Of a DNA stretch of 64,000 bases, positions 13,401 through 26,829 are shown piece after piece (position 1 is the stretch's first letter; each line of letters starts with the position of its first letter). The notes beneath the pieces are model-generated. The model did not search any database and was not told where the DNA came from. It was given only the letters and a program-made list of their open reading frames with translations. A program made the position numbers and the translations under genes. The DNA is taken from assembly GCA_051294375.1 (NCBI GenBank), contig CM119263.1:23586762-23650761 (forward strand). The letters are read 5' to 3'. The DNA is from Paraspadella gotoi. Taxonomy: Eukaryota; Animalia; Chaetognatha.

Positions 13401-14964
13401 AAAATCTTCCTCTTCTCATCTCCTCTCACTCCTAAATGTCAAAGTCCTTTTATATGATTCACCACCCCCCCTTCATTACCCACACTCCCCCTCACCTCGT
13501 CCCCCACCGACTTCCGCTCCGGCGACTTTTTCACTCCCGCCGACAAAATCTTCGCTCGCTTAGCCCTCGACTCCTGGACGCTCGCCCTCACGACGTCCGC
13601 CTCCGGCTCGTCCAGCGGCGCTGCCAACTCCGCGTCGGATCCGCCCGAGTCGGCGACGTTCTCCAGGCTGGGCGGATCGCGGAGCCGGATGGGCGAGCGG
13701 CGTCGGTGACCGCGGATGGCATCGTCGCCGCCCACGTTAAGAAGATTGGCGGACTCGTGATGCGGGGGCACCGAGACGAAGACGCCCTCCAACGGCTGAC
13801 GAGATCGCGAGGAGGCGTTGCGGTTGAGAGGCGAACTCGACGACGCCGATGACGCCGGTCGTGGGCCGACGACGACGGCCCGCCGGGGCGGAGACGAAGG
13901 CGATGACGCCGGCGGAGAGTGGCGCCGCGAACGAGGCGGGGTGGACATGGCGCGGCGTTCTTCGTCCTCGACCGCTGACGACGCCCTCGAGGACGCGGGC
14001 GTAGGATTCGGTGTCGGCATGAAGACGGGAGAGTCGCCCCTGGACGGCGAGGATGGCATCAACGGCCTCTTGGCCAGGTTATCTTCGACGCTGACGGGTT
14101 TGGCGCCCGGTGGAGCGGAGTCGCCGAACCCGGATTTGGCCCGGATGTTCATGGCGCCGAGTTCCTCGAGAGATTCCTGGAGAGGGAGAGTCGACGAAGC
14201 GTTGGGACAGTGAATTAAGCCTTTCTAGTCATCCTTAAAACACCCTCGCTCACCCCTTCTTCCCCAAACCCTTGCAGATTCTCAGACCTTGATCTTCTTT
14301 CGATGATCCGGAATCGCGATGACTTCGATGAACTCCTCAGTTCCATCCGGCATCGTGACGACGCCGATCGGTCGCTCCTCGGAGTAGCTGTCCGTCGAGA
14401 TGGCCGATTCGGATCCCAACAACTGGTCCGCGTTGACCAGCACGCTTTGACTCACCAATCCTGGGAGAGGAGAAGGAAAAAAGAGGGTGAAAAAAGCTTA
14501 TGAGTTTTAAACTTGAATCTATAGAAATTAGATAACGAAAATTTTAGTATTTACAACGCATAGCCCGTACATATTTTGTATCGTCGAAAAACAGCCAAAA
14601 CAGAAACTTCGAATTCAAGTCAACAGCAACAAAAGTTTCCAATCCAAACCCCGGACTTACCGGAGAGCTGCTGCTGGTCCAGTATTCCGTTCTCGCCGGC
14701 GTCCATCGCCTCCTTCAAGATCCTGTTGATGGCGTTGGGGTCGATTGGATCTCGCGCCTTTACCGTCAATTCCGTCTGCTTGGCTGGCGTCGCCGTTCGT
14801 CGGCGCCGCTGCTTGGTTTCATCGCACTTCGGTTTCGCGACGGCATCTGAGGCGGTGGCTTCTGCCTCTTTACCAGTCGCCGCCGTCGTCTCGACGCTGC
14901 TGCCGCCGCCGCCACCGCTGCCGCCGCTGCCGCCGCCGCCAAGCTTCTTTTCCGCGTTTTGCAT
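10496..14964 (-). CDS. Six-exon gene encoding a ~1280-aa low-complexity (R/S/E/K/P-rich) protein with a C-terminal transmembrane (tail-anchor) helix; no recognised family
   Basis: Hand-built exons: 14964-14661, 14460-14288, 14176-13496, 13317-13123, 13055-12414, 12343-10496. All five introns are GT..AG with pyrimidine-rich acceptors, and phases agree (1,0,0,0,0). The total is 3843 nt = 1281 codons with no internal stop. The model joins the provided ORFs 14620..14964, 13439..14152, 12402..13073 and 10496..12178. It ends ...VLAGVGLSVVIVVILTGVLVHFLL*. An upstream exon cannot be excluded. Confidence 0.85.
12661..12706 (-). repeat. Coding 12-bp tandem repeat (GGCGGCGACCCC on + strand) encoding (SPPG)n
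   Basis: RSPPGSPPGSPPGSPPRSP in exon 5. Confidence 0.85.
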
Positions 14965-16552
14965 ATATATAAACAGAAATTAAAATTAATTCGATCGGCG
15001 GGAAAAGGAATAAAAAAATGCGGCTTCGTCCCTTCGGACGAAAATCGAGGTAAAGCGATTTTTTAAGTTCGTCTCGTATTTTGATGTTGATCCACGAACT
15101 CGAGCAGTAAACATCTCGAGACGCGAGAGGAATTGAATGCCGATGTTGCCGCAGTGGAGGGGCTTAAAGGACTGTAGAGATCATTTCATTTATTAATATT
15201 TATTTGTTTTTTATTTGTAATTTTTTTAACAAAATTTCATTTAATTCATTTAATCAAGACTCAAGACTTTTTTAGACTTCTTCTTCTTTCGGTTTCTTAT
15301 AGTTTGATCAGCTTCATTTGACTGTAATTGTTAAAAACAATTTTTGTTTTTGCTTATACCAAAAAACTTTATAATTGTGAATAATATTCTTTGACTTAGG
15401 AGTTAATTTTTTTTAATGATTTATAATTTGTATTTAGGGCTGCCTAAGTCTTAGACCGAATTTAAAATCAATTACTAGACGCAGCTTTACTGAACCTTAC
15501 TAAATTTGGCTTCATAATGATTAATATAATCATTGAATAAAATAGAAAAATCATCGCTCTGAAACAATATCCTTTGACATTCTTTTCCTTTTTCCTCTCA
15601 TTTTCAACCTTCCTTTAATTTTTCCTATCTTGCATTTCGCCTTCCTTCCATTGCTTCTTTTCGCCTCATTCGACTTATCTTTGTCTAAGCCGAGCACCGA
15701 TTCCCCCAGCTGCCGCCAGGGGAACGAGGGTTAATAACGAAGCCTGTTTATACCGTTGTCGCTATTAAATATGGGAGGCGGGGGAGGAGGAGGCGAAACT
15801 GTGTCTCTTTGTACAATTTTTCACTCGGAAATTACATAATTAGGACTTCCATACATGTATGTAAAAATACATACGTAGGGGAGCATTGGAGAAGTTAAAC
15901 AAGAAAAGAGGAAAAATAGCTTATCCTTTTACGCGGGCTTTGAAATTATGTAAAAAGGGACTTCCTCTGTATTTTAGTATCATTTAGTGAAAAAAAAAGC
16001 TCAATTGACTAACATTTGACAAATATTTCCACCGACACATAGACAGAATCGTCGCACCCTGAAATCGCGCGCTGCTTCTACCAACAATCGGGAGTTTCCG
16101 CTCTGACGCTTCCTCGTAACGAAAATCGAAGCGCGGAACAAATTTTTCGATGGAGTTTCACAATTAAAACTTTAATTAAATTCGGTAATTTTTTTTTTTT
16201 CCTTAACGAAAAAAAAAAGGCAGGAATAACTCTTATCGGGTTCTCCAGTGTCGATTCTTAATTTGAAAAAATAAAAGCGGCAACGTGGTCGTTGGTTTTT
16301 ATCTGAAATCTCTAAAATTCAATCGATTTTTGTTTTCCGCCGCAACTTTTCACGAGGAAAAATTCATCATTTTTCAATAATTTTTTTTTCTCCCTTCGCG
16401 TTGGCTTCATAATTCCGATCATTAAGTTTCTCTTTCTATTTCGCAAAAGTCAATGCTTCGTTGCGCAGTTTTCCATTTTTCTTCGCGGGGGGGCTAATTA
16501 GCCAGCGGCTCTTTCTTTCTCTCTCTCTCTCTCTCTACTCTCTCTCTCTCTC

Positions 16553-16610
<58 letters not shown>

Positions 16611-18344
16611 CTCTCTCTCGCTCTCTCTCTCCTACTTCTCCTTTCTCTCTTCCTCTTTTCTCCTGCTCCTCGACTGCATCTATTTTGACATGAAATTAAA
16701 TAGCAGATAACAACACATTCAAAATAAAATTTAAATTCCAATTCATTCATGAATATTTTTTTCGGGCGGGGGGGACTTCTTCTTTTCCCCTCTTTCCTTT
16801 CCATTTGTTTTCTCCTTTTCTTTTTTTTTCTCCTCTCTTCCTTTCTTCTCTCTTCTCTCTCTCTCTGCCTCTCCTTCTCTCTCTCTCTTCTCTCTCAACA
16901 CTCGATGTTGCCTCATTCGCCGCTGATTTCTTCTTCAATTCTCATCTCAACGAATTTTTCTCATTTCCTCATAATTCTTAATCTGTCCCGTTTTTCGGAG
17001 GCGGTGGCCGATGACGGGCGACGGAGCCCGTCGGCAGCGGCGGTGTCGCGTCGGCCAGCGCAGCCTCGTCGCAGCAGCGGCTTTTTTTTTTTGATGGTTG
17101 CCGAGTGTTTTCCAATCAACGATTCTTGCCTGAAAAAAGTGCAAAAGCGAATTCAATGGGTGGGGGGATCAGGGGTGGTGGTTAATTTTAATAACGAGGG
17201 GGATGAGGAATGAGCGTTCTATTTGATAGTTGCTCTTCTAGGAAATGGAGAGGAAACTATAACTTTTATAACATATTATTAAAGACGAATGATAGTCCTT
17301 TTAAGTTTCATAAATTTAAACGTGAACAATTTTCTTTATAACAATAACGGAAAAATGATTTAAGTTCATCTTTTTATTTTTTGAGTTACTCGGGTTAAGA
17401 ATTTCATTAATTCAAAACTTGGACCGAAATAAATGTCACCGACGACGCGTTACAGCTTGTTATGATTCTCCCCGCTAGATGGGACCATTGCTCATTCGTC
17501 CCGTTTTCCTTTCCTCTCCTTCTCCTCTCTTCTTCCTCTCATTCCCTCTCCATATTCCCCGTCCATCCATCCTACGAGGGTTTGGGTTCGCCCATGATAT
17601 TTATAGATAATGAGTTCTCGCGCGTTTAGCGCCATTCTTCGCTTTTTCGTCGGGCCGTGTTGCTGGGTGATTGCGGCGGTGGCGGCGCAGCGACGGCGGC
17701 GGCGGCGGCGTGGAGACCGGCTCACCGATAGGCTTCTTATCAAAGCAATTTTCCGATTCTTTGGCGGCAAATTGTTTGATAAGTCACTAATCGCGCGCCG
17801 GTTCCTTTTCTCGCCCGGCCTCCGTACCGCGCGCACTACTCGTCGCCGCGATTTGACGCTGCTCTTCGTCGCGCGCTCGCCTGCGTTCCACTTATTACCG
17901 CTTGATTCGGTTAAAACTCACCCTTAGTCCTCAGCTTACTCGTCCCCACGCCTAAACTAGCATTTTTCCCCCTTAAATTTATTTTCCGTGTATATGCTAT
18001 CGTCGTTTCTTCGTCGTGTCCCTCACCGTTGTCGTCGTCTTCGTCGTCTTATATAAGGTGCAATCTCTTCTGCAAACTCGTCCGCAGCCATTTCACTTAC
18101 ATTTCACTTTACCATCTGCCTTTGCCAACTGTACTCCATCTGACGGCTTTTATCTGCTATCTGTCCTATCTCCAACCTCACACCAGACGCACCCCTCCCC
18201 CACTCCATAACCATTACGCCAAATACCCAATACCTCATCCCCTCAGACCTAGCCCTCTCCTTTCATCCCCCCAGTCCCTCGCCCCCGAATAAAAAAACAA
18301 ATCTCTCTCTTCTGATCTTNNNNNNNNNNNNNNNNNNNNNNNNN

Positions 18345-18544
18345 TCTCTCTCAACACTCAGATGTTGCCTCCTTTTGCCGCTGATTTCTCTTCATTTCAT
18401 CTCAACGAATTTTTCTCATTTCCTCCATAATTCTTATCTGTCCCGTTTTCTCGGAGGCGGTGGCGATGACGGCGACGGAGGCGTCGGCAGCGGCGGCGTC
18501 GGCGTCGGCAGCGGCAGCCTCGTCGGCAGCAGCGGCTTTTTTTT
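18345..18544 (+). repeat. Short contig duplicating ~16889-17092, bracketed by two 25-N gaps
   Basis: Same sequence (CTCAACACTC..GATGTTGCC...GCAGCAGCGGCTTTTT) with small indel differences. Confidence 0.9.
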
Positions 18545-18569
18545 NNNNNNNNNNNNNNNNNNNNNNNNN

Positions 18570-19131
18570 CTGATCCCCCCACCCATTGAATTCGCTTTTG
18601 CACTTTTTTCAGGCAAGAATCGTTGATTGGAAAACACTCGGCAACCATCAAAAAAAAAAAGCCGCTGCTGCGACGAGGCTGCGCTGGCCGACGCGACACC
18701 GCCGCTGCCGACGGGCTCCGTCGCCCGTCATCGGCCACCGCCTCCGAAAAACGGGACAGATTAAGAATTATGAGGAAATGAGAAAAATTCGTTGAGATGA
18801 GAATTGAAGAAGAAATCAGCGGCGAATGAGGCAACATCGAGTGTTGAGAGAGAAGAGAGAGAGAGAAGGAGAGGCAGAGAGAGAGAGAAGAGAGAAGAAA
18901 GGAAGAGAGGAGAAAAAAAAAGAAAAGGAGAAAACAAATGGAAAGGAAAGAGGGGAAAAGAAGAAGTCCCCCCCGCCCGAAAAAAATATTCATGAATGAA
19001 TTGGAATTTAAATTTTATTTTGAATGTGTTGTTATCTGCTATTTAATTTCATGTCAAAATAGATGCAGTCGAGGAGCAGGAGAAAAGAGGAAGAGAGAAA
19101 GGAGAAGTAGGAGAGAGAGAGCGAGAGAGAG

Positions 19132-19189
<58 letters not shown>

Positions 19190-22100
19190 GAGAGAGAGAG
19201 AGAGTAGAGAGAGAGAGAGAGAGAAAGAAAGAGCCGCTGGCTAAGTTAAGCCCCCCCGGCGAAGAAAAATGGAAACGCGGCAACGAAGCATTGACTTTTG
19301 CGAAATAAGAAAAGAGAAACTAAAGTGACGGAAATTTAAGCCTAGACGCGAAGGGAGAAAAAAAAGAATTATGTGAAAAAATGATGATTTTTTTCCTCGT
19401 GCAAAGTTGCGGCGGAAAACAAAAATCGATTGAACTTTAGAGATTCAGATAAAAAACAAAACGACCACGTTGCCCGGCTTTATTTTTTCAAAAATTAAGA
19501 ATCGACATGCTGGAGTAACCCGATAGATTATTCCTGCCTTTTTTTTTTCGTTAAAAAAAACAAAAATTACCGAATTTAATTAAAGTTTAAATTGTGAAAC
19601 TCCACTGCGAAAAATTTGTTCCGCGCTTCGATCTTTCGTTCGAGGAAGGCGTCAGAGCGGAAACTCATCCGATTGTTGTAGAAGCAGGGCGCGATTTCCC
19701 AGGGTGCGAACGATTCTGTCTAATGTGTCGTGGCAATATTTGTCATATGTAAGTCAAGTGAGGCTTTTTTTTTTTTGTTTTCACGATAAATGATACTAAA
19801 ATAAGAGGAAGTCCCTTTTTACATATTTCAAAGTCCGCGTAAAAGGATAAGCTATTTTCCTCTTATTCGTTGTTTAACTGTCTCCAATGCTTCAACAATT
19901 ACGTATGCATTTTTTTACATACATGTATGTAAAGTCCTAATATGTAATTTCCGAGTGAAAAATTGTACGAAAAGAATGATCATAATTCGCCTCCTCATTC
20001 TCCTCCTCCGCCTCCGCATTATTTAATAGCGACAACGGTATAAAAACAGGCTTCGTTTATTAACTCCTCGTTTCCCCGAGCTGGCGGCAGCTGGGGGAAC
20101 GGTGCTCGGCTTAGACAAAGATAAGTCGAAATGAGGCCGAAAAGAAAGGAAATGGAAGGACAGGCTAAATGCAAGATAGGAGAAATATTGAAGAAGGTTG
20201 ATAAGGATGAGGAACAGGAGAAGAATGTCAAAAGGATTATTGTTTCAGAGCGATGATTTTCTGATTTTTATTAAATGATTAATATTAATCAATTATGAAG
20301 CCAAATTTAAGTAAGGTTCAGTAAAAGCTCGCGTCTAGTAATGTGATTTTTAAATTCGGTCTAAGAAATTAGGCCAGCCGCTAATACACAATATAAATCA
20401 TTTAATAAAATAATTAACTCCTAAGTCATAAAATATTATTCACAATTAAATAAAGTTTTTAATCTGGTATAGCAAAGACAAAAATGTTTTTAACAAATCA
20501 CAGTTCAAATGAAGCTGATCAACTAATAAGAAACCGAAAGAAGAAGAAGTCTAAAAAAGTCTTGAGTCTTGATTAAATGAATTAATGAAATTTGTTAAAA
20601 AATTACAATAAAAAACAAATAAATGATTAAATAATGAACTGATCTCTAGCAGTCCTTTAAGCCCTCCACTGCGGCATACATCGGCATTCATCCTCTCGCG
20701 CTCGAGATGTTTACAACTGCGTCGAGTTCGTGGATCAACATCAAAATACGAGACGAACTTAAAAAATCGCTTACCTCGATTTTCGGTCCGAAGGGAACGA
20801 AGCCGCAATTTTTTATTCTTTCCGCCGATCGAATTAATTTTAATTTCTGTTTATAATATTATGCAAAACGCGAAAAGAAGCTTGGCGCGGCGGCAGCGGC
20901 GGCAGCGGTGGCGGCGGCGGCAGCAGCGTCGTTTGAGACGACGGCGGCGACTGTAGAAGAGCAGAAGCCACCGCCTCAGTATTGCCGTCGCGAAGCGAAG
21001 TGCGATGAAAGCTCAAGCAGCGGCGCCGACGAAACGGCGACGCCAGCCTAACAGATCGGATTGACGGTAAAAGGCGCGAAGATCCAATCGAACCCCAACG
21101 CCCTCAACAGATCTGAAGGAGGCGATGGATACGCCGGCTGAGAAACGGAATACTGGACCAGCAGCAGCTCTCCGGTAAGTCCGGGTTTGGATTTGGGAAA
21201 TCTTTTGTTGCTGTTGACTTGAATTCGCGAGTTTCTTGTTTTTGGCTGGTTTTTTTCGACGATACAAAATATGTACGGGCTATGTCGTTGTAAATACTAA
21301 AATTTTCGTTATCTAAATTTCTATAGCATTCAATTTGAAACTCATAAAAGCTTTTTTCACACCTCTTTTTTCACTTCTCCTCTCCCCAGTGTATTGTGAG
21401 TCAAAGCGTGCTGGTCAAACGCGGACGCAGTTGTTGGGTATCCGAATCGGGCCAATCTCGACGGACAACGAGGAAGCGACCGATCGGCGTCGTCACGATG
21501 CCGGATGGAACTGAGGAGTTCCATCGAAGTCATCCGCGATTCAGGATCATCGAAAGAAGATCAAGGTCTGAGAAGTCTGCAAAGGTTTGGGGAAAGAAGG
21601 GGTGAGCGAGGGTGTTTTTAAGGATGACTAGAAAGGCTTAATCACTGTCCCAACGCTTCGCGACTCTCCTCTCCAGAATTCTCTCTGAAGGATACTCGGC
21701 GCCATGAAGCATCCGGGCCAAATCCCGGGTTCGGCGACTCCGCTGGCTAGCACCGGGCGCCAACCCGGTCAAGCGTCGACAGATAACCTGCCCAGAGAGG
21801 CCCGTTGATGCCATCGCCGCCGTCCAGGGGCGACTCTCCCGTTTCAATGCGACACCGAATCCTACGCCCGCGTCCTCGAGGGCGTCGTCAGCGGTTCGAC
21901 GGATCGAAAGAACGGCCGCGCACATGTCCACCGCCTCGTTCGCGCGCCACTCTCCGCCGGCGTCATCCCTTCGTCTTGCTCGCCTCCGGCGGGCCGTCGT
22001 CGTCCGGCCCACGAGACCGGCGTCATCCGGCGTCGTCGAGTTCGCCCTCTCAAGCCGGCAAACGCTCCTCTGCGATCTCGTTCAAGCCTGTTGGAGGCGT

Positions 22101-25100
22101 CTTCGTCTCCGGTGCCCCCGCAAATCAATCACGAGTCCCCAGATCTTCTTAAGCGTGGGCGGCGACGATGCATCCGCGGTCACCGACGCCGCTGCGCCCA
22201 TCCGGCTGCCGCGATTCCGCCCAGCCTGGAGAACGGTCGCCGACATCGGGCGGATGCCGACGCCGGAGTCTGCGGCAGCGCCGCTGGACGAGCCGGGAGG
22301 CGGCACGTCGTGAGGGGCGAGCGTCCAGGAGCGCAGGGCTAAAGCGAGCGAAGATTGGTCGGGCGGGCAGTGAAAAAGTCGCCGAGCGGAAGTCGTGGGG
22401 GACCGAGTGAGGGGGAGTGTGGGTATGAAGGGGCGGTGGGTTGAATCATAATAAAAGGACTTTGACATTTTAGGAGGTGAGAGGAGATGAGGAAGAGGAA
22501 GATTTTTAGGTTTTAATTATATAAATTGTAATTATATATTATGTCATTTTTAAATGTTTTAGATCTAATCTAATCCATCTATGCATCTTTACCCTATATA
22601 CACTAGTCGCCTCGCCAGTCCCCATCTCCCAACACCCACTCCCGGCTCGCAGCTACTTATTCCGCCTCTCCCGCAGCTAACTCAACACCCCCTACCTCCT
22701 GCCTCACACAACCCCCGCCTCGCCTCGTCTAATCCACCGCGCCCTCACGATGCAGAGCTCAGCGTCACCTCTGAGTCGGAATTGTGAAGATGCCAGGTCG
22801 ACGCCGAGAGAGGTGCTGGATTGATTGATTTATTGATTAGTTTATATATTTTAATTTATTGTTTTGTTTGTTTTTTTTAAGCTCAAACCTCGGCTTCGAG
22901 CTTCAGGAAACCTCCAAAGTTACCCCTGTTTCTGGAATCTCGGATGGCCGAAATGAATGGGAAGCATCGGGATTGGAGTTCCAGGAGGAAATCGCCGAAG
23001 AAATGCCGGAATGGATCGTCGAAGAGAACGGAGTGGATCTTGTGGAAAAGTCGCCACGAAACGAAGAGAAAAAGTTGGCGGAAAATTTAACGAGAAATCG
23101 TTATCTGAGTCTGACAAAAAAATTTAGCGGAAGATCGAGCAAGAAAAATCGCCGAGTAGAATTTCAAAGAAGAGGGGAAGTCGCTGGAAAAGTCAGCGGG
23201 AAAAGTCGCTGGAAAAAGCGTCGAAGCGGTCAGCCGACCGGGGTCGCCGGCCGGGGTCGCCGCCGGGTCGCCGCCGAGGTCGCCAACTATTGCACGAAAA
23301 GCGCCTAAAAGCGCGGAGGCCGCCGCAGCCTCCAGGGTCGCCAACAGCTCAGCCATCGATTTCGCCGCCGCCCCGCTTAATCATCGTTGAAGGTCCGTGC
23401 GATGCCACCCTCTCGCGGCAGAGTGGGGTTGAAAGACGAAATGCGGCGAGAGAGAGGGCGGCAGAAATCGAGACGCGACGACGGGGAAAGAGGGCGATCA
23501 AGGCTGCGTTCGACAACTTCCAGCGTTCAAGAGTAAGTTTTAACTGGATTTTTCTTTTTCGACTTTCTTTTTTGTCCACTGGTTTTTATTTTAAATGGGT
23601 CAGGGTCCAGATCGTTCTTTCGGCCGAGGATGAGTGCACCGGCCCCCTTCTTCCAGTCGGACTCGTATGATGCCTCGGACGATACGCAGAGCCGAAGAAG
23701 TCAGAAGGACATCGGCCCAAAGAGGACAAAGTCGGGACACAAATCAAATAGTAAAGGGGAAAAGGAGAAGGAGCATGGAGAGGCGGGACGCTGAGACCAA
23801 GGACAGGAGGAGTGGAGCAGAGAAGAAAGAGAGCAGGACGAGGGCAAAAAGGAGATTAAGCAAAAGAAAAGAAACATGAAAGATGGGAAGTGAGGAATCT
23901 GAAATCTCCTCGAGGAAAGAGAGAGGATTCCAGTGAGAAAGAGCGAGACAGAGAGATACAAGACGACAGACGTCGATGAAGGCGAAAAGAGAAAGAAGCA
24001 AAGAAAAAGTCGGAAGAGAGAGGAGGAGAAATTGTCGCGAAAAAGACGGCGGCGACAATCCAACGTTTAAGTCACGAAGGGAAAGAAAAAGAGAGAGAGA
24101 TGAAGAGACGATGGGCGGAAAAGGAAGAGATTTACGATTTCCCGTTCGAGGAGATAAAGCAGAACGATATGACAGCTTCTAGGAAGGAAAGAAGAAAGGA
24201 GGAAAAAAAATGGAGGAAAAGAAAAAGGAAAACTGATGTCGAGTGGAAACTGGAGCAGAGACGAAGAAAGAGAAACGAATAAAGTCGAACGAATGGCGGG
24301 GAAGAGGAAGAGGGAAGAAGGAGATCGTGATCGATCAAGGGAAAGATCGGAGATCGGTCACAGAATGTCGAGGGCGAGTAAGGGCAAGAGAGGGCATCGA
24401 GCGGTCCTCAGTGGGAAGGGAACACGAAGCGACTACTCCCTGAATACGCAGCGATCCGCGGTCAAGCCTAGGCGAAAAGAGTAAGAGAAGTTACCACAGA
24501 TCGAGCAAAGTGAGTCTCGTTAGAGAAGAAATCCAGTCGTGGTCCCCAGTCCCGAAGCAGGACCAGTTTGGCGATGAGGAAAAGCGAAGACACGGTCTAG
24601 TCCGAGCGAAGGAAGCAAATCGAGTCCGACCAGGGACAATGCGAGAGGTGGTCAAAAGCGGCAGGGAAAAGTCATCAAGACAGACGGGAAGCGTCAGACA
24701 GTCCGGCACGAGGCAGAGTATCCGCGAAAGAGGAACGAAGATGCAGTCCTGTGTAACGGGCGACACTAGGAAGACAGGTCGAAGCCCGGCAAAAGAGCAG
24801 GGTTAAGCGTTCTTTCTAAGAGCAGAGAAGGCAGGAGCAGCCCCGTCCAAGGGGAGTAGAAGCGGAGCCGAGCAAGAAAAAGGAAAAGCGTCGTCGCAGT
24901 CAATGACAGATTGTTGCAAGTGCACAGTATGCAGGGCAACAGTTTTGCCCAACAACTTTCAGCAAGCAGACCTCCGACGTGGCAAATGAGTCAGGCCGGA
25001 ATAACAAAACCAACGCTGGTTTGGCCGGAGCCGTTGGACGAGCTAACAAAAAAGTCGTGGCCAGGTGTCCGACAAGAAGATCGCCGAGAAACGTCGAAGC

Positions 25101-26780
25101 AAAGAAGAAGCGGTCCGGCATCGAAGGCGGCGGCCGCTCCCGGACGCCCGGCGCGACGCTCCCGAGAGGAAGAGGAAGAGGAAAAGAGAGTGACCAAGGG
25201 ACGGATACATTTTACTCAACGATTGGCGACGACTACGAACTGAAGAGACCAAGTCGACTCGGCACAGAACGCCACCCTACGTCTTGTCTCGCGACCCGCT
25301 GGGCCGACCCCAGAGACAGGAGAAGAAAGGGAGGGTCAGAATAGGAACCGTTCGTCTCCCGGCACGAGGAGTCGACGAAGCTCTCGCACTGAAGACGATT
25401 GACGAACGACGACGACGCGCCCCGACAAACAGCGGATGTCCCGCGACCGAGTGTGGCCGCGCGTCGGCCTCAGCGTCGTTATCGTCGTCATCCTCACCGG
25501 AGTCTGTGTGCACTTTTTGCTGTGAGGGAGGAAAAAGTTAAAAAGGAGGAAGAAAAGGGAGGAAGTGGGAGAGGAGGAGGAAGGAGGAGGAAAAGAGATG
25601 AGGAATGAGGAAGGAAATAAGCGCGCCTCCTCGACTGTTTTGTTAAGTGAGAGACGTAGTTCCTTTTTTTTTGTTTTGAATCACGTGGTAATTTTCCCGG
25701 TTAGTTTTCTTATTCGATGTTATATTCGCGTTTGGTTATTGCATCTTCAAAATGCGTGAGAGGTTACCAAAAATTGAGATATTTTTAGTTTTGACTGTAA
25801 TCGTTTTTTTAGAGATCTATAAACATTTTATAATGAATGTTTTTTTGTGTGTTCTATTCGGTGTATGTGTGAGGAATAAGAAATTTAGGAATTAATTTTT
25901 AAAGCTTGGAGAGTCTCTCTCTCTCTCTCTCTCTCTCTCCCTCTCTCTTTCTCTCTCTCCTCTCTCTCGTCTCTCCTCCTCTCTCCTCATCTCTCTCTCT
26001 CTCCATCTTCCTTTAATTACCTTTTATACTCGAAATACTTTTCATTCGTGAAGAGCGAATCAGTAATTTCCCGGATTCTCTGGGAGGACGAAAATCAATT
26101 ATTCATCTAGAAAGTTCCTCCACGAAATTTTCCCAGTGAATCCCATTCCTCGTTTTCGTGTTTTGCTGGAAATAAATTAAAAGTTTCGTAAATTCTGGTC
26201 GCTGCATTCGAATCATTCCATTCCTCCAAGCTTATTATTCATCTAATAGTACAATCCTATCCTATAACTAAACTATCCATAATCTTATTATCCACGTAAC
26301 GTCTCGGCGCAATTCACTCTCCCAAGCCATCTCCTTCTCCCGGCGCTATTCCACTCTCGCCACAGACATTCCACTCTTTCGGTGCCATTCCACTTCACGT
26401 CGCGTCACTTCTCCCACGCGCCATTACCCTGAACCGCGGCGGCCGTTCCTCGTCTCCGGCGTCTTTCTCGCGCGAATTTCTTTCTTTTTTTCTTTCTCCT
26501 CGGAACACCATCATATCGCGAGCGAGTTCAACACGGCCGACTTTGAAAAACGCGACGACCCGCCCCGACGACGACGAATACGACGAAAAACGATAACCGA
26601 CGACGATTACGACGACGATTGACGACGACGAGCACGTCCTCGTCACATCAATCTGGCTAATGTTCATCAATGATGCAATTCGGGCCACAAATAGCACTTA
26701 ATGATAGGTAAGAGAAAAAATAAAGTATGACGCGATCGAGAGAGAGAGAGAGAGAGAGAGGAGAGGAGGAGAGAGAGAGA

Positions 26781-26829
<49 letters not shown>

